In this document: piece by piece, positions 29,042 to 38,977 of the stretch | Position numbering within the stretch: position 1 is the stretch's first letter | Layout: each line of letters opens with the position of its first letter | Origin: Microcystaceae cyanobacterium | GTDB taxonomy: Bacteria; Cyanobacteriota; Cyanobacteriia; Cyanobacteriales; Microcystaceae | Reading direction: 5' to 3' | DNA length: 64,000 bases | Assembly: GCA_041746575.1 (NCBI GenBank) | Contig: JBGTGT010000113.1 | Coordinates: 1 to 64,000 of the forward strand | The notes under the pieces: model-generated | What the model was told of the DNA's origin: nothing | Database searches by the model: none | Seen by the model: only the letters and a program-made list of their open reading frames with translations | Program-made: the position numbers and the translations under genes

Positions 29042-30145
29042 TCAATAATCAACAGAGGTTGAATCCATGGGGATATCTTCGTCTCGTGGCTCATTGGAAA
29101 CGCGGTTATCGTCCCTGTTGAGTAATAAGTCTAAACGGGGGGGCATCTGGAGATTAAGCTGATTTAAGGCCCATCTTGCCGTTGCTTTGACTTCTTCGTC
29201 TTGGTCGTCAATGGCGTGACACAGGAGTTGACTGACTTGGGACATCATATCGTAAAGACGCGTAAGATCCCGAATGGCATTTTTGCGGACTTGAGGATTT
29301 TTATCTTGTAAGGAAAGGGCTAAAGCCTGATTCATGGGTTTAATGGTGCGGGCACTAATCTGCGAGAGGGCTTCTAAGATCAAATTACGCTCAAACGAGT
29401 CGCTATCAATCATTAACTCGACTAAGGGTTTCATTGCCCGGGAATCTGCTTTTTGGGCTAGTTTCCAAATGGCTTTGCGCCGTCTTTTGGGATCGGGATT
29501 TTGTAATTCTCGAAGCAATTCTTCGACGAATTCTGGGGTGGGAATACGGGTCGTTTTTTGGAGGGGAAAGGCGGACTCCCCCATCTGAGATTCTTCGTCC
29601 CTGTCCTCAGGGGAAAAACGGGTTTCTTGGGAAGGAAGGGGCAAATGATGCTCAATAACCTCTTCTTTTTGGAATTCAGGCGGTTTTGCCTTCGGCTTAC
29701 GATTCAGAAAATAGAGGACGGCAGCGATCGCACCAATGAAACCTACTCCACTTAAAATTATCCATCGTGGATCTTGTAAAAAAATAGGCCACGAATTTCT
29801 GGGTGAGCTTAAACGTAGCACTTCGACATTCTGAATCGCTTGTTTAGCGTATATATTATCGGGTTTGACTTGTAGGGCTTTCTTAAAACTTTCTAGGGCT
29901 TTATCATAATTTCCGGCATCTGTTGCGGTATAACCTTCCTTCATGTATGTGTCATAACCTTTTGGATTAAGGATTTCAAGCGGATCAACTTCAGTAGGAG
30001 CAGGAGCAGAATCTTGAGCAAAGTATTGACTTGCTTTTACTTCATTTACCCTATTTTCAGCTTTAGATGACTGAATTTGTTCAAACATCACACTCCAACC
30101 GGCAAAAGCGGTCGCCACGAACATCAATAAACGGTAGTGAATCAT
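29042..30145 (-). CDS. Membrane protein with periplasmic TPR and cytoplasmic HEAT repeats
   Basis: TPR (YDKALESFKKALQVKPD), TM helix, HEAT repeats (LQNPDPKRRRKAIWKL; LQDKNPQVRKNAIRDL). Confidence 0.8.
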   Translation of the reverse strand: MIHYRLLMFVATAFAGWSVMFEQIQSSKAENRVNEVKASQYFAQDSAPAPTEVDPLEILNPKGYDTYMKEGYTATDAGNYDKALESFKKALQVKPDNIYAKQAIQNVEVLRLSSPRNSWPIFLQDPRWIILSGVGFIGAIAAVLYFLNRKPKAKPPEFQKEEVIEHHLPLPSQETRFSPEDRDEESQMGESAFPLQKTTRIPTPEFVEELLRELQNPDPKRRRKAIWKLAQKADSRAMKPLVELMIDSDSFERNLILEALSQISARTIKPMNQALALSLQDKNPQVRKNAIRDLTRLYDMMSQVSQLLCHAIDDQDEEVKATARWALNQLNLQMPPRLDLLLNRDDNRVSNEPRDEDIPMDSTSVDY

Positions 30146-30384
30146 AAGGATTTAATTATATAAAAGCGGCAGATAGAGGGAGGTGAGAAAAGTAAGGCTT
30201 TGTGACTATTTTATGAGATGAATTTTATTATGTCCCTATTGGTCAATAAGACCTTGGTTAGTTGGCTTTTGAGTAAGCTCTACCGTCCATTTTTTAGCAT
30301 ATTGTGAGTTAGAATACAAGAAATTTGATTAATACGATGTTTAATTAAGCAATATTGTTTTAAATTTCTCGCTAAAACCTTCTT

Positions 30385-32049
30385 TTAATTAATCGGACTG
30401 GTGTCCCAATGTTCTCCCTTAATTAGCGTGTGAACTTGCCATTGAGCGTCGGTTTTAGGGTAATCTAAACGATAATGACCTCCTCGACTTTCTTGGCGAA
30501 ATAGCGAGCTTTTTAGGATCAAATCAGCAATATCGAGCAAATTCATCGTTTCAGTCCCTAAGCGAACCGATAATTCTTCTTGGGGTGATAATAACACAAC
30601 GGTCTCCCTCGAATGACTGAGCATCTGACGGAGAAAAGTATGTTGAAAAGATTGGTGCCATTGGGATACTTGGGTGATCGCTGTTTCTAATCCGATTTGG
30701 TTACGGCATATTCCGGCTTTTTGCCAAATTAACTGGGGTAAATCTGCTCTTATCTGTTCAAATTGTTGAACATCAGCTTCAGAAAACTTGAAAGTTCCTC
30801 TTTTTAGGGTTTCTACTTCAGCTTTATTTTCTAAGGTTAGGGGTAAATAAGCCAATTGCGCCGCAAAGACGATACATTCTAATAAAGAATTACTCGCGAG
30901 ACGATTCGCCCCGTGAACTCCTGTACTAGCCGTTTCACCGATGGCATATAATCCGGCAAGGGAGGTTTGGTTCATTTGATCGGTCATCACGCCCCCCATC
31001 CAATAATGAGCCGCCGGCGCAACGGGAATCGGTTGCTGCAGAATATCAATGCCCCACCGTTGACAAACCCGAATAATATTGGGAAAGCGGCGACGGATGG
31101 TATCGGGAGCAATGGGGCTTAAATCTAGATAAACTTGATGGGAATCCGTTTTTTGCAGGTGGTCAAAAATGGCACGACTAACTATATCTCTAGGGGCTAA
31201 TTCCCCTGATGGATGGTAATCAAAGGCAAAGCGGTAGCCAGTGTGATCAATAAGGTGTGCGCCCTCTCCTCGTACTGCCTCACTGATTAAAAAACAGGGT
31301 GCGCCTTCTTTCGTTAAAGCGGTGGGATGAAACTGCACAAATTCCACATCTCGAATTTTCGCCCCTGCACGCCATGCTAAAGCCACCCCGTCCCCTGTAC
31401 TTACCTTGGGGTTGGTGGTTTGGGCAAAAACTTGGCCACCCCCCCCTGTGGCTAAAATAACCGCCCTCGCTTGCACCCACCGAATTTGACGCTGATAGAG
31501 GACTTGAACCCCTTGACAGGTGGAATTGTGCCGATTAAGCCAGAGATTTAACACAAAAGCTTGGGGAAAAATCTGAATATTTCTTCTTTCCAGCACTTTT
31601 GCGGTTAGGGTGCTAATAATCGCTTTGCCTGTTGTATCAGCCGCGTGTAGCACTCTCGGACGGGAATGGGCGGCTTCTAAGGTCATGGCTAAATGATCGT
31701 CTTTGCGATCAAAGGCTACGCCGAACTCGACGAGGGAGGTAATGGCATGGGGGGCATTTTCGACTAAAAATTTTACGGCTTGGGGATCACAAAGACCTGC
31801 CCCTGCATTGAGGGTATCTTGAAAGTGCATCAATGGGGAATCGTGAGGATCTACGGCTGCGGCAATCCCACCCTGCGCCCAATCACTCGCCCCGGTTTTT
31901 AGGGTATCCTTAGTCATTAAGGCGACTTGGTAATGAGAAGGTAAGCATAACGCTGCATACAGTCCAGCCGCTCCTGAACCAACGATAATGACGTCAAATC
32001 GGCAGGAAAGGGGTTGTTCGGGGTTCGAAGATGAATCTGAAGAAGTCAA
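30385..32049 (-). CDS. nadB: L-aspartate oxidase
   Basis: GSGAAGL, WAQGGIA, EAAHSRPR, QFHPT and GVHGANRLASNSLLE motifs. Confidence 0.95.
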   Translation of the reverse strand: MTSSDSSSNPEQPLSCRFDVIIVGSGAAGLYAALCLPSHYQVALMTKDTLKTGASDWAQGGIAAAVDPHDSPLMHFQDTLNAGAGLCDPQAVKFLVENAPHAITSLVEFGVAFDRKDDHLAMTLEAAHSRPRVLHAADTTGKAIISTLTAKVLERRNIQIFPQAFVLNLWLNRHNSTCQGVQVLYQRQIRWVQARAVILATGGGGQVFAQTTNPKVSTGDGVALAWRAGAKIRDVEFVQFHPTALTKEGAPCFLISEAVRGEGAHLIDHTGYRFAFDYHPSGELAPRDIVSRAIFDHLQKTDSHQVYLDLSPIAPDTIRRRFPNIIRVCQRWGIDILQQPIPVAPAAHYWMGGVMTDQMNQTSLAGLYAIGETASTGVHGANRLASNSLLECIVFAAQLAYLPLTLENKAEVETLKRGTFKFSEADVQQFEQIRADLPQLIWQKAGICRNQIGLETAITQVSQWHQSFQHTFLRQMLSHSRETVVLLSPQEELSVRLGTETMNLLDIADLILKSSLFRQESRGGHYRLDYPKTDAQWQVHTLIKGEHWDTSPIN

Positions 32050-32085
32050 CAGGGGGGTTAGGTCTTTTTGTCTTAAATTTATTAA

Positions 32086-32106
32086 TCATAGTATAAAAGA
32101 TCAAAA
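32086..32106. promoter_or_regulatory. Candidate NrtR-like operator upstream of nadB
   Basis: TCATAGT-N7-ATCAAAA, same orientation and spacing as the nadA site TTATAGT-N7-ACCAAAA. Confidence 0.45.
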
Positions 32107-32112
32107 CTGATC

Positions 32113-32331
32113 ATGAAAATTCAAGTGAAGGTCAAACCCAACGCTAAACAGCAGAAAATCGAAGAAACCGAAAAAGGGGGATTGATTGTTTCTTTAAAGT
32201 CTTCGCCTGTTGAGGGGAAAGCGAATCAAGAATTAATCCAATTATTGGCCAAAAAATATCATGTTCCTCGCTCTTCGATTACGATTAAATCCGGTGTATC
32301 TTCTCGGCTGAAGTTAATTGAAATTGAGTAG
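32113..32331 (+). CDS. DUF167/YggU family protein
   Basis: [19 protein letters not shown] and G.SSR.K motifs. Confidence 0.88.
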   Translation: MKIQVKVKPNAKQQKIEETEKGGLIVSLKSSPVEGKANQELIQLLAKKYHVPRSSITIKSGVSSRLKLIEIE

Positions 32332-32446
32332 ATTATTCCCGTTCGTCTGGGGGGCGATTTAAGAACACTCTCTTTATAAAAAAAGACAAAAGCAAAGAGC
32401 ATAAGTATCTCCTCCCTTTTGTCCCTTAGATAATCAAATGACAAGG

Positions 32447-33253
32447 CTATTTTTTGCCTTTTTTACCTTTTCCTTTCGTTCCTCTAGGGGGTGCTTTAGC
32501 CTCAGGTTTCGTTTCCGGTTCGGGATCAGCCTTAACTTCAGGTTCAGGTTTCGTTTCCGGTTCAGCCTCAACTTCGACTTTGGGAATTTCTGTTACTTTT
32601 TGACCCGTTTGAGCGGCGACTTCATCAGCAAAGTTAGTGACTTCTTTTTCGATGCCTTCTCCGAGAACAAAACGGACAAAGCGACGAACTTGAATATTTT
32701 CGCCAAGGGTGGACACGGCTTTTTTCAGTAACTCATCGACGGAAATGCCTTGATCTCGAATAAAGGGTTGATCCATAAGAGATAAGTCCTTTAATCCCTT
32801 GTCAATTCGACCCTGAACGATTTTTTCTCGAATATTTTCTGGTTTATTCGCTAAATCGTCCCGGCCCATTTCAATTTCTTTCTCTTTGGCGATGACTTCG
32901 GCAGGAATATCCTCGACTTTAACGTATTCCACATTCGGACAGGCGGCAATTTGCATGGCTACATTCCGAACGAGTTCTTTAAACTCATCACGACGCGCCA
33001 CAAAATCAGTTTCACAGTTAACTTCCACCAGAACGCCAATTCGCCCTCCGGTGTGAATATAACTATCAACCAACCCTTCGGCGGCTACGCGACCTGCTTT
33101 TTTCTCGGCGGAGGTAATGCCTTTTTGACGAAGCCACTCAATGGCTTTCTCGGTATCTCCATTACTTTCGGTCAGTGCCTTTTTGCAATCCATCATGCCG
33201 GCACCGGTTTTGTCACGGAGGTCTTTAACTTGTTTTGCTGATATCTCTGCCAT
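32447..33253 (-). CDS. tsf: Elongation factor Ts (short cyanobacterial type) with C-terminal extension
   Basis: [16 protein letters not shown] and [10 protein letters not shown]; follows rpsB. Confidence 0.97.
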   Translation of the reverse strand: MAEISAKQVKDLRDKTGAGMMDCKKALTESNGDTEKAIEWLRQKGITSAEKKAGRVAAEGLVDSYIHTGGRIGVLVEVNCETDFVARRDEFKELVRNVAMQIAACPNVEYVKVEDIPAEVIAKEKEIEMGRDDLANKPENIREKIVQGRIDKGLKDLSLMDQPFIRDQGISVDELLKKAVSTLGENIQVRRFVRFVLGEGIEKEVTNFADEVAAQTGQKVTEIPKVEVEAEPETKPEPEVKADPEPETKPEAKAPPRGTKGKGKKGKK

Positions 33254-33307
33254 GTTGACTTCTGGTTTCTACTCTAATGTTTATCTTAGTCCAAATGGGA
33301 TAACGCG

Positions 33308-34168
33308 CTAGTTTTCATTCGTTTCGTCATCGTCATCCTCATCGTCGTTGTCGCTATCGTCTGCTTCGTCGTTGAAGTCTTCTACGGCGTCGACGTCGTC
33401 TTCGTAATCGTCTTCGTAGTCATCTCCTTCGTCATCCCCAGCGAGACTTTCTTCAAATTCCTCATAGTCTTCATCACTCTCGAGTTGACCATGGCGACCT
33501 TCATAAATGGCATCTGCTAGTTTACCGACAATGAGCTTGACAGAACGAATGGCATCATCGTTAGCTGGAATCGGAATATCGGCATAATCAGGGTCACAAT
33601 TGGTGTCTAATAGGGAAATAATCGGAATTCCTAATTTTTGACATTCCTGAATAGCATTGTACTCCCGTCGTTGGTCAACGATAATCACGATATCGGGAAT
33701 CCGACGCATGGTTTTGATGCCACCCAAGTATTTTTGCAGTTTAGCCATTTCTCGGCGCAAAACCGCTCCTTCTTTCTTGGGACGTCGGTTAATATTGCCG
33801 CTTTCTTCAAGGGATTCCAATTCTTTGAGTCTTTCGACGCGATTTTTGATGGTTTCCCAATTCGTTAGCATTCCCCCTAACCAACGCTGGTTGACGAAAT
33901 ATGCCCCGCAACGAGCGGCTTCCTGTTTAATAATTCCGGCGGCTTGACGTTTTGTCCCCACAAACAGGAATCGTTTGCCTTTTTCTGCGGACTTGCGCAC
34001 AAAATCATACGCATCTTCCAGTAAGGATGCGGTTTGGACGAGGTCGATAATATGAACCCCGTTTCGGGCAGTGTAAATGTAGGGATCCATTTTGGGATTC
34101 CAGCGACGGGTTTGGTGGCCAAAATGGACCCCAGACTCTAGCAACTCTGCAAGGGTAACGACGGACAT
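33308..34168 (-). CDS. rpsB: 30S ribosomal protein S2 with acidic tail
   Basis: [24 protein letters not shown] and [10 protein letters not shown] motifs. Confidence 0.98.
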   Translation of the reverse strand: MSVVTLAELLESGVHFGHQTRRWNPKMDPYIYTARNGVHIIDLVQTASLLEDAYDFVRKSAEKGKRFLFVGTKRQAAGIIKQEAARCGAYFVNQRWLGGMLTNWETIKNRVERLKELESLEESGNINRRPKKEGAVLRREMAKLQKYLGGIKTMRRIPDIVIIVDQRREYNAIQECQKLGIPIISLLDTNCDPDYADIPIPANDDAIRSVKLIVGKLADAIYEGRHGQLESDEDYEEFEESLAGDDEGDDYEDDYEDDVDAVEDFNDEADDSDNDDEDDDDETNEN

Positions 34169-34185
34169 TTGTAATTTTCTCCTTT

Positions 34186-34248
34186 ATTCGGGTTTTTCCT
34201 CCATTCAGGGGATTTCAGCAGTGAAACACCCGAAAGCCTGAATGTGCG
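34186..34248 (-). promoter_or_regulatory. rpsB (S2) leader RNA
   Basis: Minus strand CGCACAUUCAGG...UCGGGU...CCUGAAUGGAGG-AAAAACCCGA: stem CAUUCAGG/CCUGAAUG plus UCGGGU/ACCCGA pairing; extended -10 TGCTATGCT at 34268-34276. Confidence 0.65.
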
Positions 34249-34411
34249 AAATTTAGACAACTCTCCTAGCATAGCACAAAGTCGGCCTTGCTTACCGTTT
34301 CTTGTGCCGTTTTTTGTGAATTCATAGGGATGGACAAGCGAATGTCATTTTTAAAATTGCGGCTCTCAAAAAAAATTGAATCGATTGTCATCAATAATAA
34401 TGGGAGGCAAC

Positions 34412-35458
34412 TTAACGAATATGCAAAGCGGGAAAATCGGTAAGAGCCAGCGAAGATTTAACAAGGTGCATTCCTGCATCGGCAAACCGTTGAAAGGCGG
34501 CATCTGCTTGAGGGGTAAAATCAACGATATTGGGGACAACCACGGGAGAAGTACAGTCTTCTAAGAGATAAACTTTTTGGGCTAAATTGGCATCTTGTAC
34601 TAGAATTTCTCTGAGTAAATCATCAATCGTCCAGGCGACACAATGACTCTTAGCTTGTCCTGCCACAATGATGGCATCAAAATCTAGTAATCTTTGGATA
34701 AAACGGGTATTTTTCTGAGCAATAGAACGACCTTGATTATCTTCTAGTACTTCAGGACGTAACGCAGAATAGTTTTCAGTTAATGGGTTTCCTCCTTTTA
34801 TGGCAAAATGAGTTTGACTATAACGGGTAAGATTGTGGAAAAATAAGGCTTCTTCAATAGATGACACTAAACTATGACCGATTCCGCCTAATAGGCCATG
34901 ATAAGGCCAAATTGTTAAAGGATACTTTCCTTCATCATGGAGTTTTCTAACATAATGAATAGCATATTGTTGCAACTCATCCTCCTTTTTGTTGGCGACA
35001 TTATGAGCAATAGCAGGATTGACTTTCCATCTTCCTTCTTGAATATCTTCAACGTTAATTATGCTATGGGGTTGAGGGTGTTCTCCTAAATCATTTATCC
35101 AAAAAATAGAATGGAAAATTTGCATGACCGTATGGGTATCCATGGTTGGCGTAATTTCTGTAATTGCATTTAAATTACGATAAATAAACTCACACAAGCG
35201 AATGTTATCATCGATCGCTCCTCGTCCAGATTGTCCCCTCACAAATAGTTCAAAATCAGGAAGGCAAAAGGTATTTTGGACATCAATGATGACTAAGCAA
35301 ATACGAGTTTTATCTTGTGCCGCAGGTTTAATTTGATATTGTTTTGCCCAATTTTGAGCATCTAATGCTCTAGCTTGATAAGAAACACGCCAAATTATTT
35401 CAACTTTTTTAAAATCAAAAAAAGTGGGAACTGGCAAGTTTTTAAGGGTCACAGACAT
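34412..35458 (-). CDS. Isochorismatase/nicotinamidase-like cysteine hydrolase (long form)
   Basis: IIDVQNTFC, TMDTH, IWPYH, TENYS, AGQAKSHCV and LEDCTS motifs. Confidence 0.85.
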   Translation of the reverse strand: MSVTLKNLPVPTFFDFKKVEIIWRVSYQARALDAQNWAKQYQIKPAAQDKTRICLVIIDVQNTFCLPDFELFVRGQSGRGAIDDNIRLCEFIYRNLNAITEITPTMDTHTVMQIFHSIFWINDLGEHPQPHSIINVEDIQEGRWKVNPAIAHNVANKKEDELQQYAIHYVRKLHDEGKYPLTIWPYHGLLGGIGHSLVSSIEEALFFHNLTRYSQTHFAIKGGNPLTENYSALRPEVLEDNQGRSIAQKNTRFIQRLLDFDAIIVAGQAKSHCVAWTIDDLLREILVQDANLAQKVYLLEDCTSPVVVPNIVDFTPQADAAFQRFADAGMHLVKSSLALTDFPALHIR

Positions 35459-35523
35459 GATCAAAATTCTCTGAGGAAATAAATATAAAATAGGAAATAC
35501 GCTTTGAATTCAAACCCTTTATT

Positions 35524-36954
35524 CTAAACAAAAGCTTTTTCTTTTCGTTCTTTAAGATAGGCAAAAAATTCTCTTCCTTCTCGTAAACGACGGACTAACA
35601 TTTGAGGGTCTTCCAACATCTCTTGTACGATCGGAATAATTGCTTTCGGACGAAAATAGAAACGACGATACATCTTTTCTACGGCATTCTCAATTTGTGT
35701 AGCAGAGAGATTTGGATAGGCTAACGTCGATAATTGAATGCCCGAAGACGTAACTAAGTCTTTGCTCGTAAACCAGCCATTTTCTTGCGCTTGGTGGTAT
35801 AATTCCGTTCCAGGATAAGGCGCGGCAATCGACACTTGAATAGTATGAGGATTAACCTCACAAGCAAAGCGAATGGTTTCTTCGATGGTTTCTTGATTTT
35901 CGTTGGGAAGACCAATAATGAAGGTTCCATGCACTTTGATGCCCAATTTTTGGCAATTTTCCATAAATTTACGGGCAACTTCTAATTTAATCCCTTTACG
36001 AATACCTTCAAGAATGTCCTGATTTCCCGATTCAAAGCCGACTAAAAGTAGCCTCAAACCATTATTTTTCAGCGTTTTTAGGGTATCGTAATCTAAATTG
36101 GCACGAGCATTACAACTCCACGTTAAGTTTAACCGCTTAAGATGTTCACTAATGGCGATCGCTCTTTGTTTATCGATAGTAAAAGTATCATCATCGAACA
36201 TATACTCCCTAACTGTATCTTCAAAGAGGTATTTCGCTTTTTCCATTTCTTTTCCCACGGCTTCGGGACTTTTTGCCCGATATTGATGCCCCCCAATGGT
36301 TTGCGGCCATAGGCAAAAGCTACATTTAGCGGGACATCCGCGCCCCGTATAAAAGGAAATATAAGGATGAAGAAGATAACCAATGAAATATTTTTTAATA
36401 TCAAGATCTCGTTTATAAATCGGTAATACGCTTGGCATAGCGTCCCAATCGTGGATTAATTGCCGTTCTGCAGTATGTTGAATCTTCCCTGTTTGATCTC
36501 GATAGCTTAATCCCTTAATGTCATTGTAGGGCTTTCCTTCGGCTAATTCTTGACAGGTATAGTCGAACTCATTGCGGCAGACAAAATCAATGACTGGGTT
36601 TTCTTCTAGGGTTTTTTGGGGTAAAACTGCCACATGCGCCCCAATTAAGCCAATTTCAGTGTCTGGCTTGTGCGCTTTAATCGCTTCTGCACATTGAATA
36701 TCATTGAGTAAAGAAGGGGTGCTGGTGTGCATAATCACCAATTCGTAATCCTTAGCAATTTGTAGGACATCTTCTACACTTTGATGATGAGGGGGCGCAT
36801 CAACGAGCTTACTGTCAGGCACTAAGGCAGCAGGTTGTGCTAGCCATGTCGGATACCAAAATGATGTGATTTCCCGTTTTGCTTGGTATCTTGCCCCTGC
36901 ACCACCATCGAAACCATCAAAAGAAGGAGGACTGAGAAAGAGGGTTTTTTTCAT
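35524..36954 (-). CDS. hpnJ: Hopanoid biosynthesis-associated radical SAM protein HpnJ
   Basis: PPSFDGFDGGAGARYQAKREITSFWYPTWLAQ and GRGCPAKCSFCLWPQT motifs. Confidence 0.93.
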   Translation of the reverse strand: MKKTLFLSPPSFDGFDGGAGARYQAKREITSFWYPTWLAQPAALVPDSKLVDAPPHHQSVEDVLQIAKDYELVIMHTSTPSLLNDIQCAEAIKAHKPDTEIGLIGAHVAVLPQKTLEENPVIDFVCRNEFDYTCQELAEGKPYNDIKGLSYRDQTGKIQHTAERQLIHDWDAMPSVLPIYKRDLDIKKYFIGYLLHPYISFYTGRGCPAKCSFCLWPQTIGGHQYRAKSPEAVGKEMEKAKYLFEDTVREYMFDDDTFTIDKQRAIAISEHLKRLNLTWSCNARANLDYDTLKTLKNNGLRLLLVGFESGNQDILEGIRKGIKLEVARKFMENCQKLGIKVHGTFIIGLPNENQETIEETIRFACEVNPHTIQVSIAAPYPGTELYHQAQENGWFTSKDLVTSSGIQLSTLAYPNLSATQIENAVEKMYRRFYFRPKAIIPIVQEMLEDPQMLVRRLREGREFFAYLKERKEKAFV

Positions 36955-37014
36955 CTTAATTTTTTTTCACAACCGTACCCAATGATATAATGATAAATGA
37001 TCAATGGAGAGACG

Positions 37015-37392
37015 TTATAATTTTTTCACCATAAGAAGGGTTAAAAAAGTTGCAGAAAACCCCCAGAAAATACTCATTAGAGTATAAATCATAGATAACA
37101 AATATTCAGAATCTTTCACCAAAGCATTATTCTCCAAAGCAAAAGATGAAAAAGTAGTAAATCCGCCACAAAATCCTGTAATGAATAATAAATTAAAGTA
37201 GGGACTTAATAAGTATCTTTCTGATAGTCCGGCAAAAATTCCAATTAGAATACAGCCTATTATATTAACCGTAAAGGTTGCCAAAGGAAAGTCCGTGGCT
37301 ACTTTAGTAGAAATTAGAAAACTCAATAAATAACGGGTAAGACTGCCTAATCCTCCTCCGATAAAAATAATTAATAATTCAACGAATTTCAT
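37015..37392 (-). CDS. crcB: Fluoride channel CrcB/FluC
   Basis: GGGLGSLTRY, FP.ATF.VN..G and GFCGGFTTFSSF motifs. Confidence 0.93.
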   Translation of the reverse strand: MKFVELLIIFIGGGLGSLTRYLLSFLISTKVATDFPLATFTVNIIGCILIGIFAGLSERYLLSPYFNLLFITGFCGGFTTFSSFALENNALVKDSEYLLSMIYTLMSIFWGFSATFLTLLMVKKL

Positions 37393-37521
37393 TCCTTTAA
37401 ATAAATAGGGTTTCTACCAGAATACTAAAACTTGAACTTAATAATATTGAGATAAAGTTACTTTGACTGTAAGCTAGGTTATTGAAGCCGAATTATTGAA
37501 CAATTTTTATTACTTAGCATT

Positions 37522-38286
37522 ATGGCCGGTCATAGTAAATGGGCAAACATTAAACGCCAAAAAGCCAGAGTTGACGCTAAAAAAGGCAAAACCTTCACTC
37601 AAATATCCAGAGCAATTATTGTTGCCGCTAGAGAGGGATTACCCGACCCAGACGCTAATTTTCGCTTAAGAACAGCCATTGACAAAGCGAAGGCGGCCGG
37701 TATTCCCAATGATAACATCGAACGGGCGATCGCTAAGGGAGCAGGAACATATGAAAATGATAGTCAGTATGAAGAAATTCGCTACGAGGGTTATGGTGTG
37801 GGAGGAGTTGCCATTTTGATTGAAGCCTTAACAGATAATCGTAACCGTACTGCTGCCGATTTACGGTCAGCTTTTAGTAAAAATGGTGGAAATCTTGGAG
37901 AAACAGGGTGTGTAAGTTGGATGTTTGAACAAAAAGGGGTCGTACAACTTGAGGGAGACATTGATGAAGAGAAACTACTCGAAGTCTCCTTAGAAGGAGA
38001 AGCTGAACGTTATGAACTTTTTGATGATGAAACTGAAAAAGGGGTAGAAGTCTTTACAGAGGTCGTAAATCTTGAAAATTTAAGCAGTACCTTAGAAAAA
38101 AAAGGATTCAATGTCACTCAAGCGGAATTACGCTGGATTCCCAGTAATATTATTAATGTTGACGATGAAGAGATGGCGCAATCCTTAGTGAAATTGACGG
38201 ATGCTTTGGAAGAATTGGATGACGTGCAGAATGTTACCGCTAATTTTGAGTTATCAGACAATTTCATTAAAAATTATGAATTATAA
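37522..38286 (+). CDS. YebC/PmpR family protein
   Basis: MAGHSKWANIK, YEGYG, TDNRNRT and DDVQNV motifs. Confidence 0.95.
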   Translation: MAGHSKWANIKRQKARVDAKKGKTFTQISRAIIVAAREGLPDPDANFRLRTAIDKAKAAGIPNDNIERAIAKGAGTYENDSQYEEIRYEGYGVGGVAILIEALTDNRNRTAADLRSAFSKNGGNLGETGCVSWMFEQKGVVQLEGDIDEEKLLEVSLEGEAERYELFDDETEKGVEVFTEVVNLENLSSTLEKKGFNVTQAELRWIPSNIINVDDEEMAQSLVKLTDALEELDDVQNVTANFELSDNFIKNYEL

Positions 38287-38392
38287 ATTTTATCTGAGAT
38301 ATTAAGGGAAACAAATAAGGGAGTAATGGCTATATTATTATTGAAATAAAAGGCTTAATGAGATCTATTGAAATACCCAAATAACTTACTCT

Positions 38393-38905
38393 TTAATCAA
38401 ATTTAACCCTTGCCATTAAATAAGCATTAACATATTTTCCTTGACGAAAAGCAAATTTTTTAAGGGTTCCTTCAATGACAAAATTATATTTTTTATAAAG
38501 TGAAATGGCTGATTCATTATCACAATAGACAAAGAGTTCTAATCGTTGTAAATTTAACCAATTTTCAGCTAAATTAATTAAGGATGCTAAGAGTTGAGAG
38601 CCAATTCCTTGACCCTGATAATCATCACGAATAGCCATCCCTAACGCGGTGACATGAGAGCGTCTTCCTTGTTGAGTTTCTAAGCTACCGATTCCAACGA
38701 CGGTATCTTGATAAATCGCCACTAAACCATGACCTTCTGTGGCAATTTGTTCAGTTTTTTTACGCAATTGATCCCGAGAAGTATAGGGAATTTGGAGGGT
38801 TCCCCATTGACAACGAGGAGAAAGAAGTATTGTCGCAATATCTTCCCAATCGGTACTTTCTACGCCTCGAATCACAATAGAAGAAGGTTGATGTTGAGTA
38901 TCCAT
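38393..38905 (-). CDS. GNAT acetyltransferase (YhhY-like)
   Basis: YQGQGIGSQL, WLNLQRLEL.VY.DNE.AI.LY motifs. Confidence 0.88.
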   Translation of the reverse strand: MDTQHQPSSIVIRGVESTDWEDIATILLSPRCQWGTLQIPYTSRDQLRKKTEQIATEGHGLVAIYQDTVVGIGSLETQQGRRSHVTALGMAIRDDYQGQGIGSQLLASLINLAENWLNLQRLELFVYCDNESAISLYKKYNFVIEGTLKKFAFRQGKYVNAYLMARVKFD

Positions 38906-38977
38906 AAAATAGCTAAGGAGTCAGACCAAAATTTTATGATTATTCGGTTAAGAAATAGAAAAATCATCGTGCCTTTT

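Noticed and set aside
37393..37521. Fluoride riboswitch upstream of crcB
   Set aside because: No GGCGAUG/CGCC-type core visible; the region is a short AT-rich divergent promoter.
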